Shown here: piece by piece, positions 1-9,776 of the stretch
Layout of the letters: the number at the start of each line of letters is the position of its first letter
Position numbering within the stretch: the stretch's first letter is position 1
From: a virus
Lineage: Duplodnaviria > Caudoviricetes
Length of the DNA stretch: 64,000 nt
Strand: one strand, 5' to 3'
IMG/VR virus record: IMGVR_UViG_3300008954_000001
Position numbers and translations under genes: made by a program
Notes under the pieces: model-generated
What the model saw: only the letters and a program-made list of their open reading frames with translations
Told to the model about the DNA's origin: nothing
Databases searched by the model: none

Positions 1-26
1 TTGCCAACTATGAACTCAATGGGGAA

Positions 27-884
27 GTGCTCAACACTTACGGCACGGGCTGGCACAAGGTAAAGGGAGCCTATATCGTCAACCGCAAAGAGGGCATACT
101 GGTTCATATGTGGGCACCGGAACCAGAAGACCCTGAGATTCGTAAACGCCTCAACGAGATTGAAAACGGTCCTGCCAAATTGGGTCTAACTGGCAACACT
201 GGATTGGATTGGGCGCACCAATGGTTCACGATGAGGTTTCTTCCAGATCAAGATTTGGAAGAAACGATCCGAGAGGTTTACACCGATATTGACCGAGAGG
301 TTTTCGACCCCCACCCCAACGACCCGACTCGCACCTATTGGCAAGAAGCCTGTATGGGTATCCAACATGAAGGGGAAGGCCGAGACATTATGGTTAGTTC
401 GGCTTGTCGGGTGCTTCGGATCATCATCAATTCTGCCCTATACATGACTTCCCCCAAAGCAGACATTGCTCACATTCGGAGTGTGAAGCGGGACAGACTA
501 CTCCAACAGGCCCAAGACCTTACGGAGATCGCCGCACGAAACGGGAATCGGAAAGGCCAGCGCAAGCTACGGAGAGAAGCCAAAAGAAAGGCCCAAAAAG
601 CTGAACGCTACAAATCCCCTGTCGTTTGGATTGGCCCAAAAGTCGAAGAAAAGATGCGTTCTCGAAATGCCACTTCTGACAAGAAAAGGGAACACACCGC
701 TCGTAAGGGGCATGTCCGAAAAGGTCATTGGCACAAGTTTCTAACGGGCCGCAAACTGGACGATCATGGGAACCCCATCCCTTCAGAGGCCCGTGGCTTT
801 ATCTTCCATTGGATTCCGCCCCTGTGGTGCGGGGATCTGAACGATAAGAAGGAAGCCCAAACCTACGCCTTCCGAGAAGTTTAG
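27..884 (+). CDS. Hypothetical phage protein, probably 5'-truncated by the window edge
   Basis: Frame is open back to position 3. Basic C-terminal region has the H-x-R-K-G-H-W...W-I-x-P motif (GHVRKGHWHKF...HWIPPLW) often seen in uncharacterised phage proteins. Followed by a strong terminator. Confidence 0.75.
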   Translation: MLNTYGTGWHKVKGAYIVNRKEGILVHMWAPEPEDPEIRKRLNEIENGPAKLGLTGNTGLDWAHQWFTMRFLPDQDLEETIREVYTDIDREVFDPHPNDPTRTYWQEACMGIQHEGEGRDIMVSSACRVLRIIINSALYMTSPKADIAHIRSVKRDRLLQQAQDLTEIAARNGNRKGQRKLRREAKRKAQKAERYKSPVVWIGPKVEEKMRSRNATSDKKREHTARKGHVRKGHWHKFLTGRKLDDHGNPIPSEARGFIFHWIPPLWCGDLNDKKEAQTYAFREV

Positions 885-899
885 ACACCCTCTCAGAAC

Positions 900-936
900 A
901 AAGCCCCCCGAAGGATCTGATCCTTCGGGGGGCTTT
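900..936. terminator. Bidirectional intrinsic terminator
   Basis: Inverted repeat AAAGCCCCCCGAAGGATC-T-GATCCTTCGGGGGGCTTT (18-bp arms) with A/T tails, between convergent genes. Confidence 0.9.
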
Positions 937-962
937 TTATTACTCTGATTTCTTCGGAGCTA

Positions 963-3900
963 TTAGAGAGAGCTACGAATGTTGAACTTCAGGATAATGT
1001 AAAGCAACGGGAAGATCGGCTGATAGAAAGATTCAACCTCACACGCCGTTGGATCGTTGGGGCTAATGTTCGCCTTGATCCCGGTGTACGCTGAAACAAT
1101 CTGTGCGCTTACCATCTGCTTGTACATCTCGGCCAACCGTCCCTCAACCTGTGAGATAATCTGAGGTAGAAACTTCACGCCAATGAAGCCTTCCAGAGTG
1201 TCACGGGTTTGCTGCTGAACTTCGTCGGCAATCTGAACAACGGAAGGAGTCTTGGTCATAACATTCCCCATGTCCGTAGTGAGGCCCTGCCGCACACGAA
1301 TAAAGGGAGGCTTGTTTTCACAAACCGTAACACCAGCCGAAGCAACCTGATTCATGGTCACGGTATCCAAGTTCCGAGCCACCCCATTCGTACCCACAAA
1401 GGACGTTCCCGTCCATGGAGTAGCGGGGTCACGGTTCGGGCTAACTTGCCGTGCCGCCATCATAGCCGCCAGATACCGACCATCAACCAACTCTTCCTTC
1501 TCGTTTCCGAGTGCGTCAGTAGTCGTGACCGTCAACATATCGGGATACAGACAACGGATTCGAGGGTTACCCGAAACCTTCATGCCGTTTTCATCCTCGC
1601 CCATATCAAGCTGTGCGACCAAATCCGCCGCCTCGGAAGGCTGCGTTCCAGCACTAAAGCCGAGAATACAGGTACGCTCCGCTTGATTACGGATATTGGA
1701 CTGCTCATCCACATGGAGAGAAAGGAAAGTTCCCAACTCGTGTGAATACTCAAGCAAAGGCACGAGGACCGATGGCCGAATACGACCGGGCAACAGACCT
1801 TCAAGTTCCGTGACCGCATCCAAATAGGATGCGATAGAACCGTTTACCTTGCCCTCTTCACGCCGTACCTGCTTCACGCCAACAACGGTAGCACCGTTCA
1901 TAAACATGAGGTAGGAAGCCAGACTGCTCTGATTGGTAGCCCCCACTGATCCGAATGCAGCCTCAATCGAAGCAACCTTCGTAAACAGACGGGGTGAGTA
2001 GTTACGCTTCTCGTACTCATACGAGGCGTAATAGCTCTGTCCAATCGCAGGCTCGTTGCCACCCTTATGGTGAGTCGTGATCGTTGCCGTATCACCTTCT
2101 CCAACGGAACTGGTGTTTGCAACGAACAACTGAACGCCAGGAATCGAGTCAATCGGCACATTGGCATCACAGGTAATCTCATCTGCACAGGTCAACTCAA
2201 AGGTTGAGGTTGCGTTAGATGAGTAGTTACCACCACCAAGCGGAGCCAAAAGCGTGAAGGTAAGACCCGTGACTTCATCACGATAAGTCTGACCAACAAC
2301 ACCATCTTGACCAGTACCGTCGTTGAGGACAGAAGATCCCGAAGAACCTGACCCAACAGGGTTATCAGAAGTGACATGGAAGCCAGTGCGACCCGACTCA
2401 CCATTATCCTGATCCCCATTCGTACCGAGCAAGCCCGTTCCCGAACGGAAAGCGGTGCAATCGCCCACGGCAACACTTGAAGCAAGACCCAAGGTGGGGC
2501 TTTGAATCTGAACATAATCGTCGCCAGAAGCGTCCGTTACGATCATCACCATCGCACCATCTTGATCCAAACCATCGCCAGCCACATCAGCAAACAACGC
2601 CTTCCACGAAGCCGTTGATTCCGTCATCATCGAAGCCGCCAACGCTGCCGCCGAGACTCCTTCACGAACTGAAGACTCATTGTCGGTAAGACGAATCGTG
2701 TTGTTTGCGCTTCCTTCACCGATAGCAACCCGTGAACTCGCACCCTGCGTGGCACTTTCAATCCAGAAAGCTGCGCCTTCTTGGGTCAAAGCACCTACAC
2801 CAGCGGCGACAAGGGCTGCACTAATCTGACCCAAAACCGAAGCGGGTTCGCCAACAGGTCCAAGAGGAGTCGCCGTACCTACATCAGAAGATGTGAACGC
2901 AACCGTTACGGAGGTTCCGTCGATGGTCAAATCAAGCGTGTCGTTTGCGGGGTTAGCCGCCACACCACCATCGAAGAAAGTGAGTTCTGCCTGACCGTCT
3001 GTATCTACACCGCCACCGACAGCCGTTTGGCCTGTACCAAACCCAACATCAGCCTTAACCGCTGCGGGGAGAACAGTAGCCGAGCTTCGAGGCTCTGCAC
3101 TTTCGCCACCTTCCCAACCGAACAGGCTCATTGCGGTTCCCGAAAGAACCTCAAGACCTAAACCAGTGTGTCCACGAGGGTTCACCGAACCAGCGTTTCC
3201 AGGGATAATGCGGTTGCGGAGAATCAAGCGATCATGGGAATCCGCACCAGAGTCGCCGTTTCCACCGTCACCCAACTTCGCAATCGGGCCATGAAGGATT
3301 TGGGTCTGATCCGTATCCGCAAGAGCGGCGGTATCAATACCTGCGACATTTGCAGCGAAATCCGCCTTAGCCGCTACGGAACTCAAGAAGGAGAATCGCC
3401 CGTGCGTGGCATTTACCGCCCTTGCACAAGTGAATACCAACTGACTACTGACATTCGCAGCAACAGTTACCGTTGGATAATCGTCAACATCCGTTGTTCC
3501 AGCCAATACAACGGTAGTAATCCCGCCTTCGATGGCCGCCTGAACAGCCGCCGCCAAGTCACCAACATTCGTGTAAACGCCAGCGGCGATATCAACACTG
3601 ATGGTTTCGGCACCTTCCGCATCGTCATTCCAATGAAGTCGAATGTTGTCAAAAACGCCAGCGGCGATCTCGACTCGATTCCGAACCATAGTTGAAGCGG
3701 TGTACTGAGGAGGAACAGCGTCCGCAGCGGCGTTAAGGGCCGTTACGAAATCTGCGATGCCAGCGTTCGCCGCACCTACCGTGGCCGAAATCGTCTGACC
3801 ATCAACACTCAAAGAAAGAGTGTCATTTGATCCCGCATCAATCGTCCAAGAGGTGTTGTTATCGGGGGCGGCCTCATCATACTGAGCCTTCGCTGATACG

Positions 3901-5882
3901 AGCATCGCAGCAGCGGGGCGGCTTGCGCCGAGCATCGTTCGAGTAGCACCACCATCAACGGTGATAATCATACTGTCCGAGGAACCGTCCACAAAGAAGT
4001 ATGGGCCAGGGTTGCCAAAAGACATCATGGCGGGGGTTTCATCCTTATCCACCAAAGTAACCGTGACAATTTCGCCCACTGGACCCGTAAACAGGTCGGA
4101 ATCGACCGCCTCAAAACGAGCTTGTGGAAGATTGGAGTTTCCAGACTCAAACTGGAGAACCTCAACCAAACCATCGCCCTTATCCGTCAAAGGAGCAGCA
4201 AAAACGGAGTCTCCACCACTATCTGTAATAGAGTAGGTGCCTACTGAAGAAGCCCCTGCCGAAACACAGGTGAGGGTAAAGGTCTCGTCATCAACGCCGT
4301 TGTACCAATGGGTAGCGAACAAGGACATACCTGGCTCAATGGCTTCCGCCAAAGTAACCGTCTTTGTATTAGCATCCACACTGGCAACCGTGACAGCACC
4401 ACGATCCAAGGCATCCTGAACATCATATCCAGCGAAAGCCGTGACCAGTTCGGGGCGGTTTGACCACACATCCCGACGATCATTCGTCATGGCCTTAAAG
4501 GTTGCGGGAGTTAGAGGAAACTCATTCCCCGGTGATCCCACACCATTACCAGAAGTTGGAATACGGCTAAGAGTGAACGCCGTTCGACTCGTCGCCCCAC
4601 CATCCGTAACAGGCTCGCAAAGCTCCATGTGAGTGCGGCAATCCGCCAACTGTGCCGTGATTTGAGTGTCATCAAAAGGCGTGGCGAGTTCCGAAGAGGA
4701 ATCCGCAGCGATAATAGCCGCCGTTCCCCAATGGAGTTTGTCGTCCTGAAGGATGAAGTCACTGCCTGCGAGGTAGTCCATACGACTCGGCTCAAGACCA
4801 CACCGCAACATTCGAGTTACGCCAATGTCGAAAACATAGTCGAAAGTGTCCTGCCAAGAGTTCCAGAAGTAGGTCACCTCTAAAGTTGATCCCGCTGCGG
4901 GAGCAACCGCCAAAGTGATACCACCGTTCTTTCCGTCTACTTCGGAAACCTCAACTTCTGCCCCGTCTACCGTCACTACAACGCCTGTGGTGCTTCCCGT
5001 ATCAAGGGTGCGACCAGCGTTGGTGCCGTCCACAATCGGACGCTGATGGGTAAAGAAGCGGGCATTTCGAGAAGTCTCGTCACCATTGACGATGCCAAGA
5101 GTGTCGTTTGCGAGGCCAGCACCAATCGCAATGCCTTGTTCCGCAGACAAGAGGATAACAGTATCCCCTTCGTTGTTTGTAATGGTGGAAGCCTCCAAGG
5201 AGCCGATTTCTTCAGCATTGATGAAACCGATTACCTGAACGGCTGTCCAAGTACCTTCAGGAAGCTCGAAAGAAGCACTTTCGCCGTCTACCGTCAGTTC
5301 AAGGGTGTCGTTTGTACCTGCTTCAATCTCAAAACCAGCACCTTCGGCACCCGTTCCAGTGATTTCAGCACCGTCACCCGAAACTTGTGCTGACAAGTCA
5401 TCGGTCTGTTGGGTGTCTGTGCGATTGAAGAAGTAGGTGACCATCACCTCATCCTCAAGGGTCGCAGCCACGGCAAGCTCAATAGTGCCGTTGGCACCGT
5501 TGACAGCCAGTACAACGGAAGGTTCTCCATTGATAAACGCTGTCACATCGGCAGGATCGTTAGTGGTTCGGCCATTCCCCTGACCGTCAACAATGGGGAA
5601 ATTACGGACCATAACAACGGTAGCTTCACCGTTGAAATCTCCGAGATTGCCGTCATCGTCAATCACCGCACGGCCAGCCATGTCATCCAAGGGGATGCGC
5701 TGGTCTACGGATTGGGAAGACCCCCGAACAACCTCAAGGCCGTTTCGGGTCAAAATTTCATTTCCAGGACCAATCAACATAGGAATGTTTGTTGATCCCA
5801 AGACTCCTCCAAGGGCGGATTCGTACTCGGTTTCCGTGTACACGCCGGGAGGGGCATAGGGGTTCTTAAAGTCAAAAGCCAT
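963..5882 (-). CDS. Giant contractile tail sheath protein (1639 aa) with inserted repeated beta-domains
   Basis: N-terminal YAPPGVYTET motif. Sheath-like C-terminus (ERTCILG...IRVRQGLTT...QIADEVQQQTRDTLEGFIG...EVESFYQPIFPLLYIILKFNI). SD AAGGAG upstream. Confidence 0.88.
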   Translation of the reverse strand: MAFDFKNPYAPPGVYTETEYESALGGVLGSTNIPMLIGPGNEILTRNGLEVVRGSSQSVDQRIPLDDMAGRAVIDDDGNLGDFNGEATVVMVRNFPIVDGQGNGRTTNDPADVTAFINGEPSVVLAVNGANGTIELAVAATLEDEVMVTYFFNRTDTQQTDDLSAQVSGDGAEITGTGAEGAGFEIEAGTNDTLELTVDGESASFELPEGTWTAVQVIGFINAEEIGSLEASTITNNEGDTVILLSAEQGIAIGAGLANDTLGIVNGDETSRNARFFTHQRPIVDGTNAGRTLDTGSTTGVVVTVDGAEVEVSEVDGKNGGITLAVAPAAGSTLEVTYFWNSWQDTFDYVFDIGVTRMLRCGLEPSRMDYLAGSDFILQDDKLHWGTAAIIAADSSSELATPFDDTQITAQLADCRTHMELCEPVTDGGATSRTAFTLSRIPTSGNGVGSPGNEFPLTPATFKAMTNDRRDVWSNRPELVTAFAGYDVQDALDRGAVTVASVDANTKTVTLAEAIEPGMSLFATHWYNGVDDETFTLTCVSAGASSVGTYSITDSGGDSVFAAPLTDKGDGLVEVLQFESGNSNLPQARFEAVDSDLFTGPVGEIVTVTLVDKDETPAMMSFGNPGPYFFVDGSSDSMIITVDGGATRTMLGASRPAAAMLVSAKAQYDEAAPDNNTSWTIDAGSNDTLSLSVDGQTISATVGAANAGIADFVTALNAAADAVPPQYTASTMVRNRVEIAAGVFDNIRLHWNDDAEGAETISVDIAAGVYTNVGDLAAAVQAAIEGGITTVVLAGTTDVDDYPTVTVAANVSSQLVFTCARAVNATHGRFSFLSSVAAKADFAANVAGIDTAALADTDQTQILHGPIAKLGDGGNGDSGADSHDRLILRNRIIPGNAGSVNPRGHTGLGLEVLSGTAMSLFGWEGGESAEPRSSATVLPAAVKADVGFGTGQTAVGGGVDTDGQAELTFFDGGVAANPANDTLDLTIDGTSVTVAFTSSDVGTATPLGPVGEPASVLGQISAALVAAGVGALTQEGAAFWIESATQGASSRVAIGEGSANNTIRLTDNESSVREGVSAAALAASMMTESTASWKALFADVAGDGLDQDGAMVMIVTDASGDDYVQIQSPTLGLASSVAVGDCTAFRSGTGLLGTNGDQDNGESGRTGFHVTSDNPVGSGSSGSSVLNDGTGQDGVVGQTYRDEVTGLTFTLLAPLGGGNYSSNATSTFELTCADEITCDANVPIDSIPGVQLFVANTSSVGEGDTATITTHHKGGNEPAIGQSYYASYEYEKRNYSPRLFTKVASIEAAFGSVGATNQSSLASYLMFMNGATVVGVKQVRREEGKVNGSIASYLDAVTELEGLLPGRIRPSVLVPLLEYSHELGTFLSLHVDEQSNIRNQAERTCILGFSAGTQPSEAADLVAQLDMGEDENGMKVSGNPRIRCLYPDMLTVTTTDALGNEKEELVDGRYLAAMMAARQVSPNRDPATPWTGTSFVGTNGVARNLDTVTMNQVASAGVTVCENKPPFIRVRQGLTTDMGNVMTKTPSVVQIADEVQQQTRDTLEGFIGVKFLPQIISQVEGRLAEMYKQMVSAQIVSAYTGIKANISPNDPTACEVESFYQPIFPLLYIILKFNIRSSL

Positions 5883-6041
5883 GATGGGTTCTCCTTCTCA
5901 GTTAGTGGCTGTTACAAAACAGTGTTTCTTTCAAATCCACGCCAGTATTGACGGGGTTTTAAGCTCGGTTGATGCACATGCTTCCATACTTGTTTTCTAA
6001 CCAGACCATCACGGTCGGAGAGGGAACCCACCCTCATGCGT

Positions 6042-6500
6042 CTATTGACGCTCTTTAGCTTTCAGCTTCTTCTTGTGTCTATCAATCATTCCCATAGCCT
6101 CGGCATTGAGATTTCGGGCGGTTTCTGCGGCCAACCGTTCGTCTTTATTCAGAATTCGGTAATCGCCAGTGTCCGTCCTACTAAGATCGTGTCCAGAAGT
6201 GCCTGGATTGTCTCGAATGACCTCACGCTTTCGCTCATGTCGTTTTGAAATTTGTTCGTAGCTGCCCTTGGCATGGTCGCCAATGACTCGATCTACATTT
6301 GCGTCATAGGAAGATACGCCCGTGTTCTGTGGGCGGATCGTGCCATCCCCATTCGGAATGTAGGTGGAGGTCATCGTTTCAGGGGGGAGCCTAAGAGCTT
6401 CGGCATCGCAACCCAGACAGGGGTAGGGGTCGGTCCCCATAGCCGCTGTACGGTGAGCATCGAAGCGAAGGCCACAAGCCTGACACTGATAATTATACAA
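6042..6500 (-). CDS. FmdB-like zinc-ribbon protein
   Basis: Y-x-Y-x-C-xx-CG...CxxC (YNYQCQACG...CLGCD). Paralogue of 27454..27846. Start may be ATT at 6506. Confidence 0.75.
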   Translation of the reverse strand: MYNYQCQACGLRFDAHRTAAMGTDPYPCLGCDAEALRLPPETMTSTYIPNGDGTIRPQNTGVSSYDANVDRVIGDHAKGSYEQISKRHERKREVIRDNPGTSGHDLSRTDTGDYRILNKDERLAAETARNLNAEAMGMIDRHKKKLKAKERQ

Positions 6501-6522
6501 AGGAATGACGCACCTCCATCCT

Positions 6523-6538
6523 AATAAGTGGCGTAAGT
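6523..6538 (-). promoter_or_regulatory. Conserved intergenic motif copy (ACTTA-cgcc-ACTTAT-T)
   Basis: Degenerate match to the CRRTA-N4-NCYTAT motif, upstream of the zinc-ribbon/sheath unit. Confidence 0.4.
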
Positions 6539-6556
6539 ATAGACAGAGTACCCACG

Positions 6557-7741
6557 CTATTTGATAAGTTCGTAAGTCCCGCTCCGACCGGAAAAGAAGG
6601 GATCAAGACTCCGCTCGATCCCCAAACTTCGGTTGGCGAGGCTCTCTTCAGTTGCATTAGCGGGGTCTGCCTCCGCCGCTTTCATATCTTCACTGCTGAT
6701 CGCTGAAACAGACCTCATCCACGGCCCCAAAGGAACATGAATAGACCACTCGGTTTCCAAGGAAATGTTGAAGTTCCCGTTGAAGAAGTAGTCGTCGCCC
6801 GTTTCGTCGTAGATTTCTTCCACCTCTCCACCGAGACTCATATCCATGATCTCAATGCCTTCTGTGGAAAGTCGTGGGCGAAGCACACCAAAAATGAATG
6901 TGCAGGTACGATCAATAATCTCTCTCTGAGCGTGAACATCTCTGGAAATCACATCGAATTCCATATTCAGCGTCCAACGACCGCCGTACTCTTGGTATGC
7001 AGGCTCACGCCGATTCGACACAACAACCGCTGCTCGATCCCCCGCCTCCACCTCACGCCCAAACGCCAAGACCACACCAGGAATCGCCGTATTGTCTGCC
7101 CGCATACTCCTAAAAGGAATCGGGCCAAGGCTTGGTACGGCATATCGGTAATCCGCTGAAAGGCTCATCCCTGCTTTCAAGGGCTGAACTAAAGTAATGC
7201 CAGCGGTTTCGGGGTCATAAGTGAAGTTACGCAGCCGAATCCCGCTCGGAACCTCATATAAAGATAAGGTTCCATCCAAGGGCTTCCGCTGAAGAGTCGC
7301 TTCACTGGGACTCACCATAGTTACGGCTTCATTCCGAACCTCTAAAAGACGATCTACATAGAATTCGCCCTCACTGGTGTTCTGATTGTATGCCGTAATC
7401 TCAATGTAATAGACCCCTGCGGGGGAGGGGAAAGAACCTCCGTTGGATTGGATGGCCAGCCCATCCTCCCGAATCCACTCAAGAAAGGTGCCTTGATAAC
7501 TATCTACTTTCGTCAGATAGCAATAACTGTGAACAGTTCCCATGTAGTTATCAGCGGCCATCTTGACGATAGAGCCACCCGACGACTTTACAATGATCCC
7601 ATGTTGAGGGCGTTCGGCAAACGAATACTTACCTTGGATATTATCAACAAGGTCGTCCCTGTACCTCGGATGATAAGACCAGAAGCGACGAAGTTCCTGA
7701 ATGAATCTTCGAGTTAAAGCATGAGTGAGAACGTAGTACAC
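6557..7741 (-). CDS. Putative tail completion/terminator (neck) protein
   Basis: 394 aa, between neck genes and sheath. C-terminal EFDVISRDVHAQREIIDRTCTFIF resembles tail-terminator folds. Function inferred. Confidence 0.55.
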   Translation of the reverse strand: MYYVLTHALTRRFIQELRRFWSYHPRYRDDLVDNIQGKYSFAERPQHGIIVKSSGGSIVKMAADNYMGTVHSYCYLTKVDSYQGTFLEWIREDGLAIQSNGGSFPSPAGVYYIEITAYNQNTSEGEFYVDRLLEVRNEAVTMVSPSEATLQRKPLDGTLSLYEVPSGIRLRNFTYDPETAGITLVQPLKAGMSLSADYRYAVPSLGPIPFRSMRADNTAIPGVVLAFGREVEAGDRAAVVVSNRREPAYQEYGGRWTLNMEFDVISRDVHAQREIIDRTCTFIFGVLRPRLSTEGIEIMDMSLGGEVEEIYDETGDDYFFNGNFNISLETEWSIHVPLGPWMRSVSAISSEDMKAAEADPANATEESLANRSLGIERSLDPFFSGRSGTYELIK

Positions 7742-7754
7742 GACAACTCCAAGG

Positions 7755-8060
7755 TTACTCCTCTTTCAGAGTACCCGTCAGAGTGATTGTACTGCCCTCT
7801 TTGGTCAGAGAAATCGTCGAGTAGTAGCCGAAAAACTTGCGACCCCCTTGGCCGTAATAAACGAGCTTTCCTCGCCCGTGCTCAACGGTTTCCCCATCCT
7901 CTTCTGGGATCGTAACTTGAATCAAAGGCGGCCCCATCGCTGGAATACCTGCCTTTGAGTCATTGAAAGCGTCCCCACTTCCAATTGTCGGGGCATCGGG
8001 ATCTGGTGGGATGATGCCATCCAAGACATCCAGAAAATCTTTACTACTACTCATCATCAT
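7755..8060 (-). CDS. Hypothetical protein
   Basis: 101-aa ORF tightly packed in the operon, overlapping the actin gene stop. Confidence 0.65.
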   Translation of the reverse strand: MMMSSSKDFLDVLDGIIPPDPDAPTIGSGDAFNDSKAGIPAMGPPLIQVTIPEEDGETVEHGRGKLVYYGQGGRKFFGYYSTISLTKEGSTITLTGTLKEE

Positions 8061-9129
8061 ACTCCTGCATGGCCTGAACCAACATTCCGTAAGCCACAGC
8101 GTTTAGCGGTTCGTTTGCGTGTCGAATTTCCGATACTTCAATGGGGAACTTTCGACGCTTCTTGTTAAAAACAGCCTGAAAGAACTCCATGAAGCCCCCT
8201 GCTAAAGAGGTGCCTCCTGAAACCACAATCGGAATCGGACGGGGCAAAGAAAACTGCCCCTCAATCTGCTTAAAGCGGAGGGCGATTTGATCTAAAGCAT
8301 ATTCAATCAAGTTGCGGTAATAGAAAACAATCGCCTCTTGATCTCGCCCCTCAGGACTGTTCAAATCGATCCCCTGCTCCTTAATCGAGCAGATACGGGC
8401 TTGTGTGGACCCAATGCTTCGAGCGGCCCCACCATCAATCCAATCCCCCCCACGGGCGACCGAAAAGCTCAAACCTTCAATAGTGTTCACAGCCAAGGCA
8501 ATATTGGTCATTCCTGAACCGAAACTGATTCCGATCCCCGAAAAACCTTCCTTAGCAGTCTCGGCATAGATAATAGCCATCGCTTCATTCGAGGCATAAG
8601 GCTCATAGCCACATTCCGTCACAATGCGCTCAAAAACCCCTCGGTGATAAATGATGTCTTTATCTGGCTGATCGATGGGGGCGGCGGGAACCGAAAAGTA
8701 ACAGGCTTCATTTTCTACCCGTGGCTCGCCCAAAACATTCTTTACGAGCAACCCCAAAACATCGAGAGCGTCCGTCTCACCCGAAGAAATCAGGCCCGCT
8801 TGTAGTGGTCGCCGTGCTTCTCGGCCAAAGATATTGGCAGTTTCCAATGCGGGATCACCGATAATGATCAATTCGTCAGGTCGCTCAACGTAGCTCACAC
8901 CCGACAATTTCAACATTTTCTTGGAGTCTGGCGGAAGGTCGAGGAAAGCATCTCGAACTCGACGGGACTCAATCTCACCCGACCCGCTTCTACGGGCCGA
9001 AACGATATTCATTGTCCCGATGTCCAACCCTACGCCCTTAGGGAGCACCTTGGCGGGCTTCTTCGAGGCCGCCTTAGGCTTTGCTTGAGGCTTTTCTTGG
9101 GGCGTTTCTGGGGTTTCTGCGTCAGACAT
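8047..9129 (-). CDS. Actin-like ATPase (MreB/ParM/FtsA superfamily)
   Basis: Phosphate-1 GLDIGTMN, connect-1 SNEAMA, phosphate-2 ISFGSGMTN, adenosine VVSGGTSLAGG, connect-2 PLNAVAYG. SD GGAG upstream. Confidence 0.88.
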   Translation of the reverse strand: MSDAETPETPQEKPQAKPKAASKKPAKVLPKGVGLDIGTMNIVSARRSGSGEIESRRVRDAFLDLPPDSKKMLKLSGVSYVERPDELIIIGDPALETANIFGREARRPLQAGLISSGETDALDVLGLLVKNVLGEPRVENEACYFSVPAAPIDQPDKDIIYHRGVFERIVTECGYEPYASNEAMAIIYAETAKEGFSGIGISFGSGMTNIALAVNTIEGLSFSVARGGDWIDGGAARSIGSTQARICSIKEQGIDLNSPEGRDQEAIVFYYRNLIEYALDQIALRFKQIEGQFSLPRPIPIVVSGGTSLAGGFMEFFQAVFNKKRRKFPIEVSEIRHANEPLNAVAYGMLVQAMQEYDDE

Positions 9130-9140
9130 TTTAGGACTCC

Positions 9141-9776
9141 TTATTTTTTCTTCTTAGCTTTCCTGAGTTGCCTTAATGCCTCAGTAGCCGCATCCACAGA
9201 GGAACCCTTTGAAGATGTGCTGGAGGTATCGATATCAGCCTTCAACTCACCTGACACGATACCCTCAGGAATAAACATAGGCGTATCATCGACTAAAGCC
9301 GATGGGTGCTGCCCACCTTGGACGGCACCAGCGTTTTGAACAATGGGTAAATTACCCAACATTTCTTTCAACATGGATGCAAGAACCTCCGTATCGACTT
9401 GGGCCGCTGGAGGAGCGGGGGCGGGAGCGACTACGGGCGCTGGAGCTTTTTGGTTTTCAAGGGTGCTCGAAATCTGAACAAGATGATCCCGGAGAGCACC
9501 AGAAATCATCTCTTTCATACGATCTTCAAAATTTGGTGTCGGAATCTTGTTCTTCGGCTTGCGTTTCTTCGGGGCGTTTCTTCGAGAAGTGTCTCGGATT
9601 CGAGGAGCTTGCTTCGTCTTAAAGGATAAACCTCCGAGCCGAATAGCCCGCTGAACCTCAACTGAGCGCATAGCGTCCTGTTCGGGGATCTCCAACCGCT
9701 CTCCTCTCGTTAGCACAACCCCAAATTCAGGCAGGGAAATCCTGTCCATGCGACACGTTAAAATCACGGTTTTCAT
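9141..9776 (-). CDS. Hypothetical protein (Pro/Ala-rich linker, basic C-terminus)
   Basis: 211-aa ORF with ATGA overlap to the upstream gene, directly upstream of the actin gene. Confidence 0.75.
   Translation of the reverse strand: MKTVILTCRMDRISLPEFGVVLTRGERLEIPEQDAMRSVEVQRAIRLGGLSFKTKQAPRIRDTSRRNAPKKRKPKNKIPTPNFEDRMKEMISGALRDHLVQISSTLENQKAPAPVVAPAPAPPAAQVDTEVLASMLKEMLGNLPIVQNAGAVQGGQHPSALVDDTPMFIPEGIVSGELKADIDTSSTSSKGSSVDAATEALRQLRKAKKKK

Noticed and set aside
1209-5859. Many plus-strand ORFs of 60-180 aa antisense to the sheath, and similar shadows across the other giant genes
   Set aside because: They lie fully within long minus-strand genes with coherent motifs, and have no RBS or domain pattern. 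These are typical antisense shadow ORFs.
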